Assembly (NCBI GenBank): GCA_963735555.1 | Contig: CAVTLP010000012.1 | Span: forward strand, 90,504 to 154,503 | Reading direction: 5' to 3' | Length of the DNA stretch: 64,000 bases | From: an uncultured Acidobacteriota bacterium | Lineage (GTDB): Bacteria; Acidobacteriota; Terriglobia; Terriglobales; Acidobacteriaceae | Shown here: positions 40,411-51,914 of the stretch, piece by piece | Position numbering within the stretch: position 1 is the first letter of the stretch | Layout of the letters: each line of letters opens with the position of its first letter | The notes under the pieces: model-generated | Seen by the model: only the letters and a program-made list of their open reading frames with translations | Told to the model about the DNA's origin: nothing | Databases searched by the model: none | Made by a program: the position numbers and the translations under genes

Positions 40411-41620
40411 ATGGAGCTCCCTCGGCCTCTACCTCTCGATTCCGTTCTGCAAATCGAAATGCACCTACTGCAACTTCGCCTCGGGAGTCTTCCCATCCAG
40501 CTATTTCGAGCGATACATCGCTCGGCCTCGAACAAGACCTCGCACCATCCGCGACGAACGCCGCTCACTGGAACGCCGCCCTCCCCAACGTCATCGACAC
40601 CATCTACCTCGGCGGCGGAACGCCCTCGCTTCTGCCCGCCGCAGCTGATCACGCGCCTCTTCGCCGCGATCCGCCGCGAATTTCATCGTTCTCCCGAATG
40701 CTGAGATCACCGTCGAGTGCGCCCCCGGCCAGCTCGACGATGCAACCCTCGCCGCCATGCTCGAATGCGGCGTCAACCGTATCAGCTTCGGCGTCCAGTC
40801 CTTCATCGACGACGAGGCAAAGCACACTGGCCGCCTCCACACTCGCGAGATCGCCCTGCGCGATATCGACCGCGTCCGCACGCGCTCGGCATCCCGCGCA
40901 TCAACGTCGATCTCATCGCCGGCCTGCCCGGACCAGACCGACGCCTCATGGCACCGAATCCCTCGACGTCCTCGCCGACACAGGCGTCGATCACGCCAGC
41001 GTCTACATGCTCGAAGTCGACGACGACTCGCGTCTCGGCCGCGAGATCAACTTCAGGCGGCCTGAAGTACTACGCGCCGCAGGTCCCGCCCGACGACGCC
41101 ATCGCCGACATGTACTCCGAGAGCCGTTGATTTCCTCGCCAACGCACGGCCTCGCCCAGTACGAAATCTCCAACTTCGCCCGGCCGGGAAGGGAATCGCT
41201 GCACAACCTGAAGTACTGGCGGCGCAAGCCCTACCTCGGCCTCGGTCTCGACGCACACTCCATGCTCCGCACCCGCTCCGGCTCCGCTCTCCGCTTCGCG
41301 ACCACCGACGAACTCGAGCCTTTCCTCGAATCGCCGGGCTGGAACGAAGTCCATCGGCTTCCGCGCGACGAAGAGCTCGAAGAGGCCTGGTTTCTCGGCC
41401 TCCGTCTCAATGCCGGCGTGAAGCCTCCTCGCCTCGCGCGACGAATTCGGCGCCGCCCGCAGTCGAGTCGCTTCGAGCCCGGCCTCACCGACCTCGAATG
41501 CGAGCGCCTGATCACCTGGACCGCCGAGCCAGATCGCCTTGACGCCGCGCGGACGCCTTGTGTCAAACGAAGTGTTCGAGCATTTTCTGGTCGAGACGGG
41601 TGCAGTTTACGAGACGCTAG
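40411..41620 (+). CDS. hemW: Radical SAM heme chaperone HemW (HemN-like; frameshifted)
   Basis: LYLSIPFCKSKCTYCNF, TIYLGGGTPS, NRISFGVQS, NVDLIAGLP, QYEISNFA..HNLKYW..YLGLG..AHS. End coordinate is approximate. Confidence 0.88.
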
Positions 41621-41630
41621 GAATTTCGTT

Positions 41631-42738
41631 ATGCCCTCGCCCCCATCCCGTCCTCTCGCCTGAGAACACCCTGCTGACTCCGACCCTCGAAGACTCGCGG
41701 TTCGACAACCATCGACCTGCGCAGCGACACGGTGACCAGGCCCACCCCCGCGATGCGCGCCGCCATGGCCGCAGCCGAGGTAGGAGACGACGTCTACGCC
41801 GAAGACCCCACCGTCAATCTCCTCGAAGCGCGCGCCGCTGAGATCTTCGGCCGCGAAGCCGCCATCTTCGTCCCCACCGGCACGATGGGCAACCAGATCG
41901 CGATCCGCCTGCACACCCATCACGGCCAGGAAGTCATCACCGAATCGCGCGCTCACGTCGTCGACTGGGAGATGGCCATGTCTGCCGCCTTCTCCGGCGT
42001 GCCAGCTCCGCACCGTCTTCGCCGACCGCGGCATCGTCACCTGGCAGCACATCGAGCAGATGTGCCGGAAAGCAGACTTCCACCGCGCCGGCACCGGCCT
42101 CATCACCCTCGAAAACACCCACAACATGGCCGGAGGCACCGTCACGCCTCTCGATATTTGCCGTGACATCTGGTCGTGCGCCACCGAGATTCGCATCCCC
42201 GTCCACCTCGACGGAGCCCGCATCTTCAACGCCGCCACCGCCCTTAACATCCCCGTCGCCGAGCTGACCTCCGGCTTCTCCAGCGTGATGTTCTGCCTCT
42301 CCAAGGGACTCTGCGCTCCCGTGGGCTCCATGCTCGTCGGCAGCCGCGACTTCATCGACCGCGCCCGCAACGTTCGCAAAATGTTAGGCGGAGGCATGCG
42401 CCAGGCAGGCAGTCCTCGCCGCCGCCGGCCTCATCGCCCTCGAAGAAATGCCCAGGCGCCTCGACGAAGACCACGCCAACGCCCGCTTCCTTGCCGAGAG
42501 CCTCGCCGATCTGCCTGAGGTTGAGATCGATCTCACCACCGTCCAGACCAACATCGTCATCTTCACTGTGCGCGGATACCCCGACCCCACGCCCATCCTC
42601 GACCAGCTCAAACAGCGTGGCGTCATCGCCGGCACCGCCGCCGATCATCAGATTCGCTTCGTGACCCACAACGATGTCGACCGTGCTGCCTGCGAAGAGG
42701 CTGCGCGCATCGCGTCCCACGTAATCGCAGAGTCTTGA
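41631..42738 (+). CDS. ltaE: Low-specificity L-threonine aldolase (frameshifted)
   Basis: [74 protein letters not shown]. Confidence 0.93.
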
Positions 42739-42827
42739 AGACACAAGTAACAACGGTGCCGCCGGGAGATACCAGAAAAGATTCCGAACCCCTGCGCGCC
42801 CTACGCAAGTCTATATAATCAGTAGAT

Positions 42828-43815
42828 ATGCCGAAGTATTCGATTGTCGTCCCCTTCCACAACGAAGAAGAAAACATAACCACCATGTACGACCGCCTCA
42901 AGGCCGTCATGGAGCAGAGTGGGAGACAGCTTCGAGCTGGTGCTCGTCGACGACGGATCGACCGACCGCAGTTACAAATTGCTGGAAGAAATCGCGGCGG
43001 TCGATAGCCGCGTCCTCGTCGTCAAACTGCGCCGCAACTTCGGACAGACCTCCGCACTCGCCGCCGGCTTCGACCACTCGCAGGGCGAGTTTATCCTCGC
43101 GATGGACGGCGATCTTCAGCATGACCCGCGCGAGATTCCCAACTTTCTCGAAAAGCTCGAAGAAGGCTACGACGTTGTCAGCGGCTGGCGCAAAGAGCGC
43201 ATTGATAATTTCGTAATGCGCCGCATTCCTTCGCGCTGCGCCAACTGGATGATGGCCAAACTCTCGGGCGTCGACATTCACGACTTCGGCACGACATTCA
43301 AGGCCTACCGCCGCGAAGTCATCCACAATATTCCGCTGTACGGAGAAATGCACCGCTTCATTCCCGCCCTTGCGGCGTGGTATGGCGCGAGTATCTGCGA
43401 GATTCCCATCAAGAACGTAAATCGCGAGCGCGGCAAATCACACTACGGAATCGGCCGCACCTTCCGTGTTTTCTTTGATCTGCTGACTATTCGATTTCTG
43501 TTGAAGTACATGATGCGCCCGCTCCACTTCTTCGGGCTCTTTGGCGCGCTAGGCATGCTGCTCGGTGGAGGAATCTCCGTCTTCCTTGCCGCCCTCAAGA
43601 TCTTCACGCATCAGCATGTCATGGACCAGCACGGGCCGCTCTTCGTCATAGCCGGTGTGCTGATTTTGGCCGGCATCCAGATGGTCGCGATTGGCCTGCT
43701 CGGCGAACTCCAGGTCCGGCACTATCACACCTCTTCGCAGCGCGCCCCGTACACCATCGACCGCCTTGTCCGCCTGCGCGCCTCCGGCGAACAAAGCCTG
43801 CTCCACGAAGACTAA
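42828..43815 (+). CDS. Glycosyltransferase family 2 (DPM1/ArnC-like polyprenol-phosphate glycosyltransferase; one frameshift)
   Basis: MPKYSIVVPFHNEEENI, VDDGSTD, RNFGQTSAL.AG, MDGDLQHDP, two C-terminal TM helices. Confidence 0.92.
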
Positions 43816-43865
43816 TTTCCAGACACAATTGAATCGCGTCTGTTAAATTTGGCATCTGCAAGCTT

Positions 43866-44834
43866 ATGAAAGCCATCCAGATCCAGCAGACCGGCGGCCC
43901 CGAGGTCCTCACCTTTGTCGACCTCCCCGTTCCCACCCCCGGACCCGGCGAAGTCCTCGTCAGGATCCATGCCTCGGGCATCAATTTCATCGACGTCTAC
44001 TATCGCGAAGGCCGCTATAAGACGGAGCTGCCCTTCATCGACGGACAGGAAGGCGCGGGCATCGTCGAGGCCGTGGGAGAGGGCGTGACTGACTTCAAGC
44101 CCGGCGACCCGGTGGCCTGGTGCCATGTCATGGGCAGCTATGCCGAGTATTCCGTGGTTCCTGCGACCATGCTGATCCATGTCCCTCCGCACCTTGACCT
44201 GAAACTCGCCGCCGCCGTCATGCTGCAGGGCATGACCGCCCACTACCTCTCGCGCTCCACCTTCCCGCTCAAGCCCGGAGACACCGCCCTCGTCCACGCC
44301 GCCGCCGGCGGAGTAGGCCTGCTCCTCACCCAGATGGCCTCGCAGATCGGAGCCCGCGTCATCGCCACCGTCTCCACCGAAGAAAAGGCCGCGCTCGCCC
44401 GCGAAGCCGGAGCCGCCGACGTCATCCTTTACACGCAGTGCGACTTCGAATCCGAGACCAAGCGTCTCACCGCCGGCCACGGCGTCGACGTAGTCTACGA
44501 TTCCGTCGGCAAGACTACCTTCGACAAGTCGCTGAACATCCTTCGCCCGCGCGGCATGATGGTTCTGTACGGCGGATCAAGCGGGCCAGTCCCGCCCTTC
44601 GATCTCATCGGCCTCTCGGCAAAGGGCTCGCTCTTCATCACCCGTCCCACGCTGAAGCACTACACCCTCACCCGGGATGAGTTGCTTGCCCGTGCTGAGG
44701 CCGTCCTCGAGGCAGTCGACGCCGGCAAGCTGAAGGTTCGCATGGAACACACCTATCCATTGAGTGAAGCCCGCCAAGCCCACATCGACCTCGAAGCCCG
44801 AAAAACCACCGGCAAGCTATTGTTGATTCCATAA
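43866..44834 (+). CDS. qor: NADPH:quinone oxidoreductase
   Basis: GGPEVL, GINFIDVYYREG, LQGMTAHYL, HAAAGGVG, VYDSVGK, KGSLFITRPTL, RKTTGK. Confidence 0.93.
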   Translation: MKAIQIQQTGGPEVLTFVDLPVPTPGPGEVLVRIHASGINFIDVYYREGRYKTELPFIDGQEGAGIVEAVGEGVTDFKPGDPVAWCHVMGSYAEYSVVPATMLIHVPPHLDLKLAAAVMLQGMTAHYLSRSTFPLKPGDTALVHAAAGGVGLLLTQMASQIGARVIATVSTEEKAALAREAGAADVILYTQCDFESETKRLTAGHGVDVVYDSVGKTTFDKSLNILRPRGMMVLYGGSSGPVPPFDLIGLSAKGSLFITRPTLKHYTLTRDELLARAEAVLEAVDAGKLKVRMEHTYPLSEARQAHIDLEARKTTGKLLLIP

Positions 44835-44862
44835 CTCTGAAGTTGGGGTCTCGAAGGAGTAG

Positions 44863-45342
44863 TTGATGACAGTTGCAGTGGTTCTCTTGTTTTGTTTGCT
44901 TCTGGGAGTCGCATGCGGACTCCGCTCTCTCACCCCGCCCGCCATAGTCTGCTGGGGTGCTCACCTCGGCTGGCTGGATTTGTCTGGTTCGGGGTTGGCA
45001 TTCCTCGCCAGTTCAATCGCTACCGGCATCTTCACGCTTCTGGCCATCGGAGAACTCATTGCAGATAAGACATCGAAGATCGGCCCTCGCAACGCGCCCG
45101 GCCCCTTCGGGGCCCGTATCGTCATGGGAGCCCTCTGCGGAGCGGCGCTGGCCATTGCCGGGCACGTCGGCATCGCATTCTGCGCAATCGCAGGGGGCGT
45201 TGGAGCTATAGCCGGCACACTCGCCGGATTCCGTATCCGCCGCGCTCTTACGGCGCCGGGAAAGCTGCCCGATTTGCCTGTCGCACTCGTCGAGGACCTG
45301 ATTACAATCGGCGGCAGCTTGTTTCTTGTTTCCCGCCTCTAG
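44863..45342 (+). CDS. DUF4126-like membrane protein
   Basis: GVACGLRSLTPPA, GELIADK, ALVEDLI. Confidence 0.75.
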   Translation: MMTVAVVLLFCLLLGVACGLRSLTPPAIVCWGAHLGWLDLSGSGLAFLASSIATGIFTLLAIGELIADKTSKIGPRNAPGPFGARIVMGALCGAALAIAGHVGIAFCAIAGGVGAIAGTLAGFRIRRALTAPGKLPDLPVALVEDLITIGGSLFLVSRL

Positions 45343-45378
45343 GATCGGCGCGTCAGAATACTCTCCAGGCAGGTCGAC

Positions 45379-46774
45379 ATGAACGAACGATTCGATGCCA
45401 TCCTCGTAGGCTCCGGACAAGCCGCGAACCCCCTCGCAGCGGCACTCGCTAAAGCAGGAAAGAAGACCGCCGTCATCGAGAGCAAGCACGTCGGCGGCAC
45501 CTGCATCAACGAAGGCTGCACGCCCACCAAGACCATGGTCGCCAGCGGCCGCGTGGCCTATCTCGCCCGGCGCGGCGCCGACTACGGAGTTGCAACCGGC
45601 CCCATCTCGATCGACCTGAAAAAAGTCCGCGAACGCAAGCGTGAAGTCGTCGAAAGTTTCCGCTCCGGCAACGAGAAGCGCCTTCGACCGGCCCCGAATC
45701 TCGAGCTCATTTACGGACTCGCCGACTTCACCGGCCCGAAGACCCTCCACATCGACCTGCGCGAAGGTGGCACAAGGACGCTTGAGGCTGACTGGATCTT
45801 CCTCAACACCGGCCTGCGCGCTGCCATGCCCGAAGATCGACGGCATCGACGATGTGCCCTTTCCTGACCAACGAATCCATCATGGAGCTCGACGCCGTCC
45901 CCGAACACCTCATCGTCATCGGCGGCGGCTACATCGGCCTCGAGTTCGGACAGATGTTCCGCCGCTTTGGCAGCAGGGTCACCGTCATCCACATCGGCAA
46001 ACAGCTCCTCGAGCATGAAGACGCCGATGTTGCGGAAGAAGTCAAGAAAATCCTCACCGAAGACGGCATCGAATTTCTCCTCGAAACGAAAACCACCGCC
46101 GCGCGAAAATCCGGAGACGCCATCGAACTGACCGTCAAGGTCGCAGGAGAATCCCGCACCGTCTCCGGCTCGCATCTCCTCGTCGCCGCCGGACGCACTC
46201 CCAACACCGACGCCCTCAACCTCCCCGCCGCCGGGGTCGCAGGTCGACGCACCACGGCTACATCAAGGTCAACGAGTATCTCGAAACCAACGTCCCCGGC
46301 ATCTACGCCCTGGGAGACGTCAAGGGCGGTCCCGCCTTCACCCACATCTCCTACGACGACTACCGCATCCTCCAGGCCAATCTCCTCCACGGCGAACACC
46401 GCAGCATCCGCGACCGCATCCTGCCCTACACCGTCTTCATCGACCCGCAGCTCGGCCGCATCGGCCTTACCGAATCCGAAGCCCGCAAGCAGGGCCTGAA
46501 GATTCGCGTCGCCAAAATGCCCATGACCAACGTTGCCCGCGCCATCGAGACCGCCGAGACCCGCGGCTTCATGAAGATCATCGTCGACCGCGACACCGAG
46601 CAGATCCTCGGCGCCGCCGTCCTCGGCATCGAGGGCGGAGAAGTTGCCACCATCGTCCAGATCGCTATGCAGGGCGGCCTCAAATACACGGCCCTGCGCG
46701 ACGGAATCTTCTCCCACCCCACCCTGGCCGAGTCGCTCAACAACGTCTTCTTCAGTTGGACCGACGAGCAGTAG
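45379..46774 (+). CDS. Pyridine nucleotide-disulfide oxidoreductase (mercuric-reductase-like/RclA family; frameshifted)
   Basis: [55 protein letters not shown]. Confidence 0.9.
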
Positions 46775-46896
46775 CGCACGTTGGACGAGGTTACCCCGCG
46801 TTCGCCGCTCGGCCAACCCGAGGGCGCGGTTCTCGGTGCAACTAGCCCGCGATTGTCTGCTCGGGAGCTATGCGCGGCCTCGCCTCGACGCACACT

Positions 46897-47469
46897 TCAG
46901 TTCAGGTCATCATCCTTCGAGTACTTGGTGCCCTTAGCGGTGATTTCCAGGGCTATTCCCTTGTCGGTAAGCTGATACATCCAGACACCCGGGGAAACCG
47001 AGGTCGCGCCCTGCAAGGATCCGCCTTTTTCAGGGCTGGTTTTGGCGGCGGCCGAAGCCTGTCCTCCGAACTCCCAGCCGGAATTCACAAAGTCGTCGAA
47101 CACCTTCTGGTTGTCGAAGATAAACACACACCGGAACTTCTTGACTCCGAAGCCAAGGCCGGCCTGGAGTTCCAACATCTTCATGAAGGTTTCTTTCTTG
47201 GTCTGGTTGCTGACGGCGAGGCCCTCACCTCTGCCGGAACCCCCTACAAGGATCTTGATTCCAGTGTTGCTGAAGACCGCGTACCCGTAAGCCTTCTGTA
47301 CGGCTGCTCGGGTGGCAGGCTCTGCTTTGTAAAGGCGCGCGAGCGTATCTTGGGACATCTGGCGAATTTCCGTCCGCTCTTTCTGGTTTTTTTGTTCATC
47401 ATCGGCGGCGAACGCTCCCACCGCAATTAGGCAAAGCAGTGATGCTATAAGGATCGGTTTGACTTTCAT
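46897..47469 (-). CDS. YSC84/SYLF lipid-binding domain periplasmic protein
   Basis: Signal peptide; AYGYAVFSN..GSGRGEG..AGLGFG..WEFGGQASAAA..YQLTDKGIALE..GTKY. Confidence 0.85.
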   Translation of the reverse strand: MKVKPILIASLLCLIAVGAFAADDEQKNQKERTEIRQMSQDTLARLYKAEPATRAAVQKAYGYAVFSNTGIKILVGGSGRGEGLAVSNQTKKETFMKMLELQAGLGFGVKKFRCVFIFDNQKVFDDFVNSGWEFGGQASAAAKTSPEKGGSLQGATSVSPGVWMYQLTDKGIALEITAKGTKYSKDDDLN

Positions 47470-47737
47470 TGGGGGAACCTCCCTTTTTCTTACCCCCACG
47501 AGTCTACTCGCGCGGTGCAAACGTGCGCAGGAACTTAGGACGTGGAGAGCATCGATTCGGGAACAAGTTGGCCGCGATCACAGGAAGGGTTGCCGTCACC
47601 GCTGCCCAGGTCAACCCAGCTAACACGGCCACTATCTGAAATTTCTTGCGATCCCGCCGGAATGAACTCACTATGTTCACAACGCAATCTTCCACCTCGC
47701 ATCACGTTGCGTCGTGGTAGCGTTAAAGTCATCAATA

Positions 47738-48458
47738 ATGTTTGGTTACGCACTGAAGTTCTGCCCTCTTCCTCGCAACCGCCCACCCAGGTTCGTAAGA
47801 GTAGGGGTCACGCTGCTCGCCGTGATCCTCATCGCAGGCGCTCCCGCGTGCCTGACCCTGAGCGCTCAGCAGCCTGATCCCGCACCCGTTGTAGTACAGC
47901 CGGGAGCGCCCGGGCAGCCGAGCAGGACTCTGCCTGCGTCCACGAGACCGAGCCTGCCGCCCCTTTCGCAGGCCGATGTGGAGTTCATGCAGGGCATGAT
48001 CATGCATCATTCGCAGGCGGTCGAGATGACGGCTCTGATTCCGTCGCACACCGAGAAGTAAGGATATCCGGACGCTGGGAGCGAAGATCAGCAGCTCACA
48101 ATCGGACGAGATCCGCTTTATGGAGCGGTGGCTGGCGGCCCGGGGCAAGCCAACATCAATGGCGATGCCGGGAATGCCGGATATGGATATGTCGGGCAAA
48201 CCCATGGCCCCCATGCCGGGGATGCTCACGCCGGAGCAGATGGCGGCGTTGCGCAAGGCGACCGGCGCGGAATTCGATGAGCTGTTTTTGACGGGCATGA
48301 TTCAGCACCACCAGGGTGCACTGGTGATGGTGAAGGACCTGTTCGATACGGCGGGCGCGGGGCAGGACGCCGACATTTTCAACTTCGCGACCGATGCAGA
48401 CAACACGCAACGGGCCGAGATCAAAATTATGCAAAACATGTTGGAGGAGAAACATTGA
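47738..48458 (+). CDS. DUF305 (ferritin-like, Met-rich) exported protein (frameshift near 48058)
   Basis: ADVEFMQGMIMHHSQAVEM..Q..EI..M..WL; MPGM repeats; FDELFLTGMIQHHQGALVM..QRAEI..M. Confidence 0.88.
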
Positions 48459-50508
48459 ATCGAAATAGCAAGGCAGGAGTAAAGATCGTTGCCGTCCGTC
48501 TGGCCGCCGTGGCCGCAGTTGTGTTGTGTTCCAGTGTAAGCCTGATGCAGGCGCAGGCACAGACGCCCGCACCCGCCGCCAAGGCGCCGGAAGCCGAGCA
48601 GAACCCGTTTGCGCCGACGCCGGCTCCGCCGCTGCCGCCGGGGATGACCGGGTCGGACACCAACGATCCTCGCTACAAGCTGACGCCGGGGCTGTATAAC
48701 GCCGGAGAAGCAGCCAATGGATTAAAGCATCTCGCGTTTGTGAAGAAGCCGGAAGCCTTCCAGCTCGCCGCAACTTCTCCCGACGATCCTCAGGTGCAAA
48801 AAACTCTTGGTCAGCTCGGCGTGAGTGACACCTCAAAGATGCCGAAGCCGATGCAGCTGGTGATCGCGCAGCTTGCGTTTGCAAATTCAGACCTTGCCTT
48901 TCAGGGGGACCATCTTTTCCAGGGAAACTTCTACGGCATCAACATCTACGACATCTCCGATCCGGCGAAGGCGGCGTTGTTGACCTCGTTGGTATGCCCG
49001 GGCGGCCAGGGCGATGTTTCGGTATACGGAAACCTGCTGTTCATGTCGGTAGAGATGCCGAATGGACGCCTGGATTGCGGCACGCAAGGCTTTCCCCCCG
49101 AGCCCCCGCCGCCCGCAGCGCCTAAACCAGCCGAGGGAGAGAAAGCTCCGGCTGGCGAGGAAAAAGAGAACGCCACATCCCGGCAGCGCAGAAGGATCGC
49201 TTCCGCGGCGTGAGGATCTTCGACATTTCGGACATCAGGAATCCGAAACAGGTAGCAGCGGTTCAGACCTGCCGTGGCTCTCACACGCATACGCTGGTGG
49301 TGGATCCGAACGATAAGGACAATGTCTATATCTACGTCTCGGGCACGTCATTTGTGCGCCAGCCGGAGGAGTTGGCCGGATGTTCGAACGAGGCTCCGGA
49401 CAAGGACCCCAACACCGCGCTCTTCCGCATCGAGGTGATCAAGGTTCCCATCGCCGCTCCACAGGATGCGAAGGTGGTATCGAGCCCGCGGGTGTTTATC
49501 GATCCGCGGACCGGCGCGCTGAACGGCCTGAACAACGGCGGCAGCCATGACAAAGGTGCCGAGAAGCCGGCTGACACCAACCAGTGCCACGACATTACGG
49601 TGTACTCGGCGATCGGGCTGGCGGCGGGCGCGTGCTCGGGCAACGGCATTCTGCTCGACATCAAGGACCCGGTGCATCCGAAGCGCGTGGATGCCGTGAA
49701 TGATCCGAACTACTCCTACTGGCATTCGGCGTCGTTCTCGAACGACGGATCGAAGGTGGTCTACACCGATGAGTGGGGCGGTGGGCTCGGAGCGCGCTGC
49801 CGTCCGAACGACCCCAACAAGTGGGGTGCCGATGCGATCTTCAACCTCAAGGACGACAAGCTGAGCCTCGCGGGTTACTACAAGCTGCCGGCAGCCCAGG
49901 GCGACACAGAGAACTGCGTGGCGCACAACGGATCGCTCGTCCCCGTTCCGGGGCGCGACATCGAGGTGCAGTCCTGGTACCAGGGCGGCATTTCGGTCAT
50001 GGACTTCACCGACGCGGCGCATCCCTTTGAGATTGCCTACTTCGATCGCGGTCCGATTGATCCGAAGACGCTGGTCCTGGGCGGCGACTGGTCGGCGTAT
50101 TGGTACAACGGTGCGATCTACGGCTCGGAAATTGCGCGCGGCCTCGACGTCTTTGAGCTGACGCCGACGAAGTATCTGACCCAGAACGAAATCGACGCGG
50201 CGAAGACAGTCAAGGTGTCAGAGCTGAACGTGCAGAACCAGCAGAAGATCGCGTGGCCTGCGCAATTAGTCGTGGCGAAGGCATACGTGGATCAGTTGCA
50301 GCGCTCGCAGGCTTTGCCCGCAAAACAAATCAACGATCTGCAGAAGGCGATCACCGGCGCGGAGAAGTCGCACATGAGCGAGAGCAAGGTGGCGAAGCTG
50401 AAAGGCATGGCGTCGTCTCTGGAAGCGAGCGCCTCCACTGCGAAGAGTCCGGCCGACTCGACGCGGTTGCGCGCGTTGGCGGATATCCTTAAGAATCCGT
50501 CCGCATAA
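48455..50508 (+). CDS. LVIVD-repeat secreted beta-propeller protein (frameshift near 49175)
   Basis: NSDLAFQG..FQGNFYGINIYDISDP..CPGGQGDVSVYGNLL; QTCRGSHTHT, QCHDITV, YWHSASF, NCVAHNG. Overlaps the DUF305 stop. Confidence 0.85.
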
Positions 50509-50518
50509 GTAGCAAACT

Positions 50519-50568
50519 AACCTGAACTCAGAACCTGAACTCAGAACAGGACGGGCTCCGGCCCGTCC
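50519..50568. terminator. 13-nt tandem repeat followed by terminator-like hairpin
   Basis: aacctgaactcag x2 (50519-50544), then ggacgggc-tccg-gcccgtcc, between convergent genes. Confidence 0.6.
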
Positions 50569-50609
50569 GTAAAACCGCTTGAGCGAATGTCAGGGGATCA
50601 GTCTTGCTG

Positions 50610-51839
50610 CTACTTCGCCGCCTGCATCTCACGGCTCACCCGCTCCACCTCGCCGAACACCCGCAGCAGGTTGCCGCCGAGAATCTTATGGCAGTCTTCC
50701 GCCGAATAGCCGCGCTCCAGCAGCGCCGCTGTAATCTTCGGAAGATCAGCGGCTGAATCGATCCCCGCAGGTAGCTGCCCGCTGACGCCATCGAAGTCGG
50801 AACCGAGACCGACATGATCGACACCGGCCACCTTCGCGATGTGATCGATGTGGTCGATCAGCGCGCTGAGGGGCGGCCTCGGAATGCGGTCCGCATATTG
50901 CCGCTGCAACTTTTCAAGATCTCCGTAGGTCACCTGCTTGCCTTCAGCCGCGAACTTCGCTTTCAGTTCCTCCGTGGCCTTGTTCACCTCCGGCTGCTGC
51001 GCGATAGAAGCATCGCGATAAGCCTGGCTGATGAACGCGGAGTAGTAATTCACCTGAACGACTCCGCCATTTTTGCCCACGGCCCGAAGCATATCGTCCG
51101 TCATATTGCGCGGCGCGTTGGAGATCGCCCGCACCGACGAGTGCGAAGCGATCACCGGCGCCTTCGTCGTCTTGATGGCCGCCCAGAAGGTGTCGTCGGC
51201 GACGTGCGAGATATCGACCATCATGCCCAGGCGGTTCATCTCCAGCACGACCTCTTTGCCAAAGGGAGTCAGTCCATCCGGATTGTGCGGTACTCCCGTC
51301 TTGCCCTCATCTCCCGACGAGTTGGCCCAGTCCAGCGAGTTCGACCACGTAAGCGTCATGTACCGGACACCCAGCCGGTAGTAATCCCGCAGCAGCGCAA
51401 GCGAATTTTCGATGGAGTGACCGCCCTCAATGCCCATCAACGCGGCCAGCTTGTGCTCGCGATGCGCGGCCTCGATATCCGCGGGAGAGTACGCCATCCG
51501 CATGCGGTCGGGATGCTTCGCCGCCTGTTGGTAGACCGCATCGATCAGCTCCAGCGTGCGCCGCGCATCGTGGCCCTTGTACAGATCCGGCTCGACCCAG
51601 ATGGAGAAGAACTCCGCGCCCAGGTTGCCCTTCTTGGCAGAGTCAAAATTGAGATTGCCGCCGTTAAGCTGATCGGCAAGGTCGTAGTTCTCGTCGACCA
51701 GCCGCTGCGTCGTGTCGGCATGCGTGTCGATAACGATAGCGGAGTTGTGTACGGCTTCAGCAGTCTTTGGATTCACAGGAGTGTTCTGAGCAGCGAGAGG
51801 TAGAGTAGCGGCGAGCAGGGAAGCAAGCAGTATCTTCAT
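50610..51839 (-). CDS. Membrane dipeptidase (peptidase M19)
   Basis: IDTHAD, GIEGGH, GVRYMTLTW, MMVDISH, VIASHS, RNMTD, GLGSDFDG, KILGGN. Confidence 0.95.
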   Translation of the reverse strand: MKILLASLLAATLPLAAQNTPVNPKTAEAVHNSAIVIDTHADTTQRLVDENYDLADQLNGGNLNFDSAKKGNLGAEFFSIWVEPDLYKGHDARRTLELIDAVYQQAAKHPDRMRMAYSPADIEAAHREHKLAALMGIEGGHSIENSLALLRDYYRLGVRYMTLTWSNSLDWANSSGDEGKTGVPHNPDGLTPFGKEVVLEMNRLGMMVDISHVADDTFWAAIKTTKAPVIASHSSVRAISNAPRNMTDDMLRAVGKNGGVVQVNYYSAFISQAYRDASIAQQPEVNKATEELKAKFAAEGKQVTYGDLEKLQRQYADRIPRPPLSALIDHIDHIAKVAGVDHVGLGSDFDGVSGQLPAGIDSAADLPKITAALLERGYSAEDCHKILGGNLLRVFGEVERVSREMQAAK

Positions 51840-51914
51840 GAGCGTGGGGGGATTGTAACAGTCCCACCATGCTTGACCAATACATCCGTGAACGCGGCCC
51901 GCGTTGAGGCCGTT

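Noticed and set aside
45379-46774. Mercury resistance gene merA
   Set aside because: No C-terminal Cys-Cys pair, no NmerA domain and no merR/T/P neighbours.
47535-47786. Short ORF containing VDLGSGDG, like a SAM-methyltransferase motif I
   Set aside because: No other methyltransferase motifs, it overlaps the DUF305 start and promoter region, and it is likely chance.
50814-51803. Long antisense ORFs (also 19309-20715, 33762-34562, 35684-36634, 62762-63679 and others)
   Set aside because: Shadow ORFs opposite well-supported genes, as expected from high-GC codon bias.
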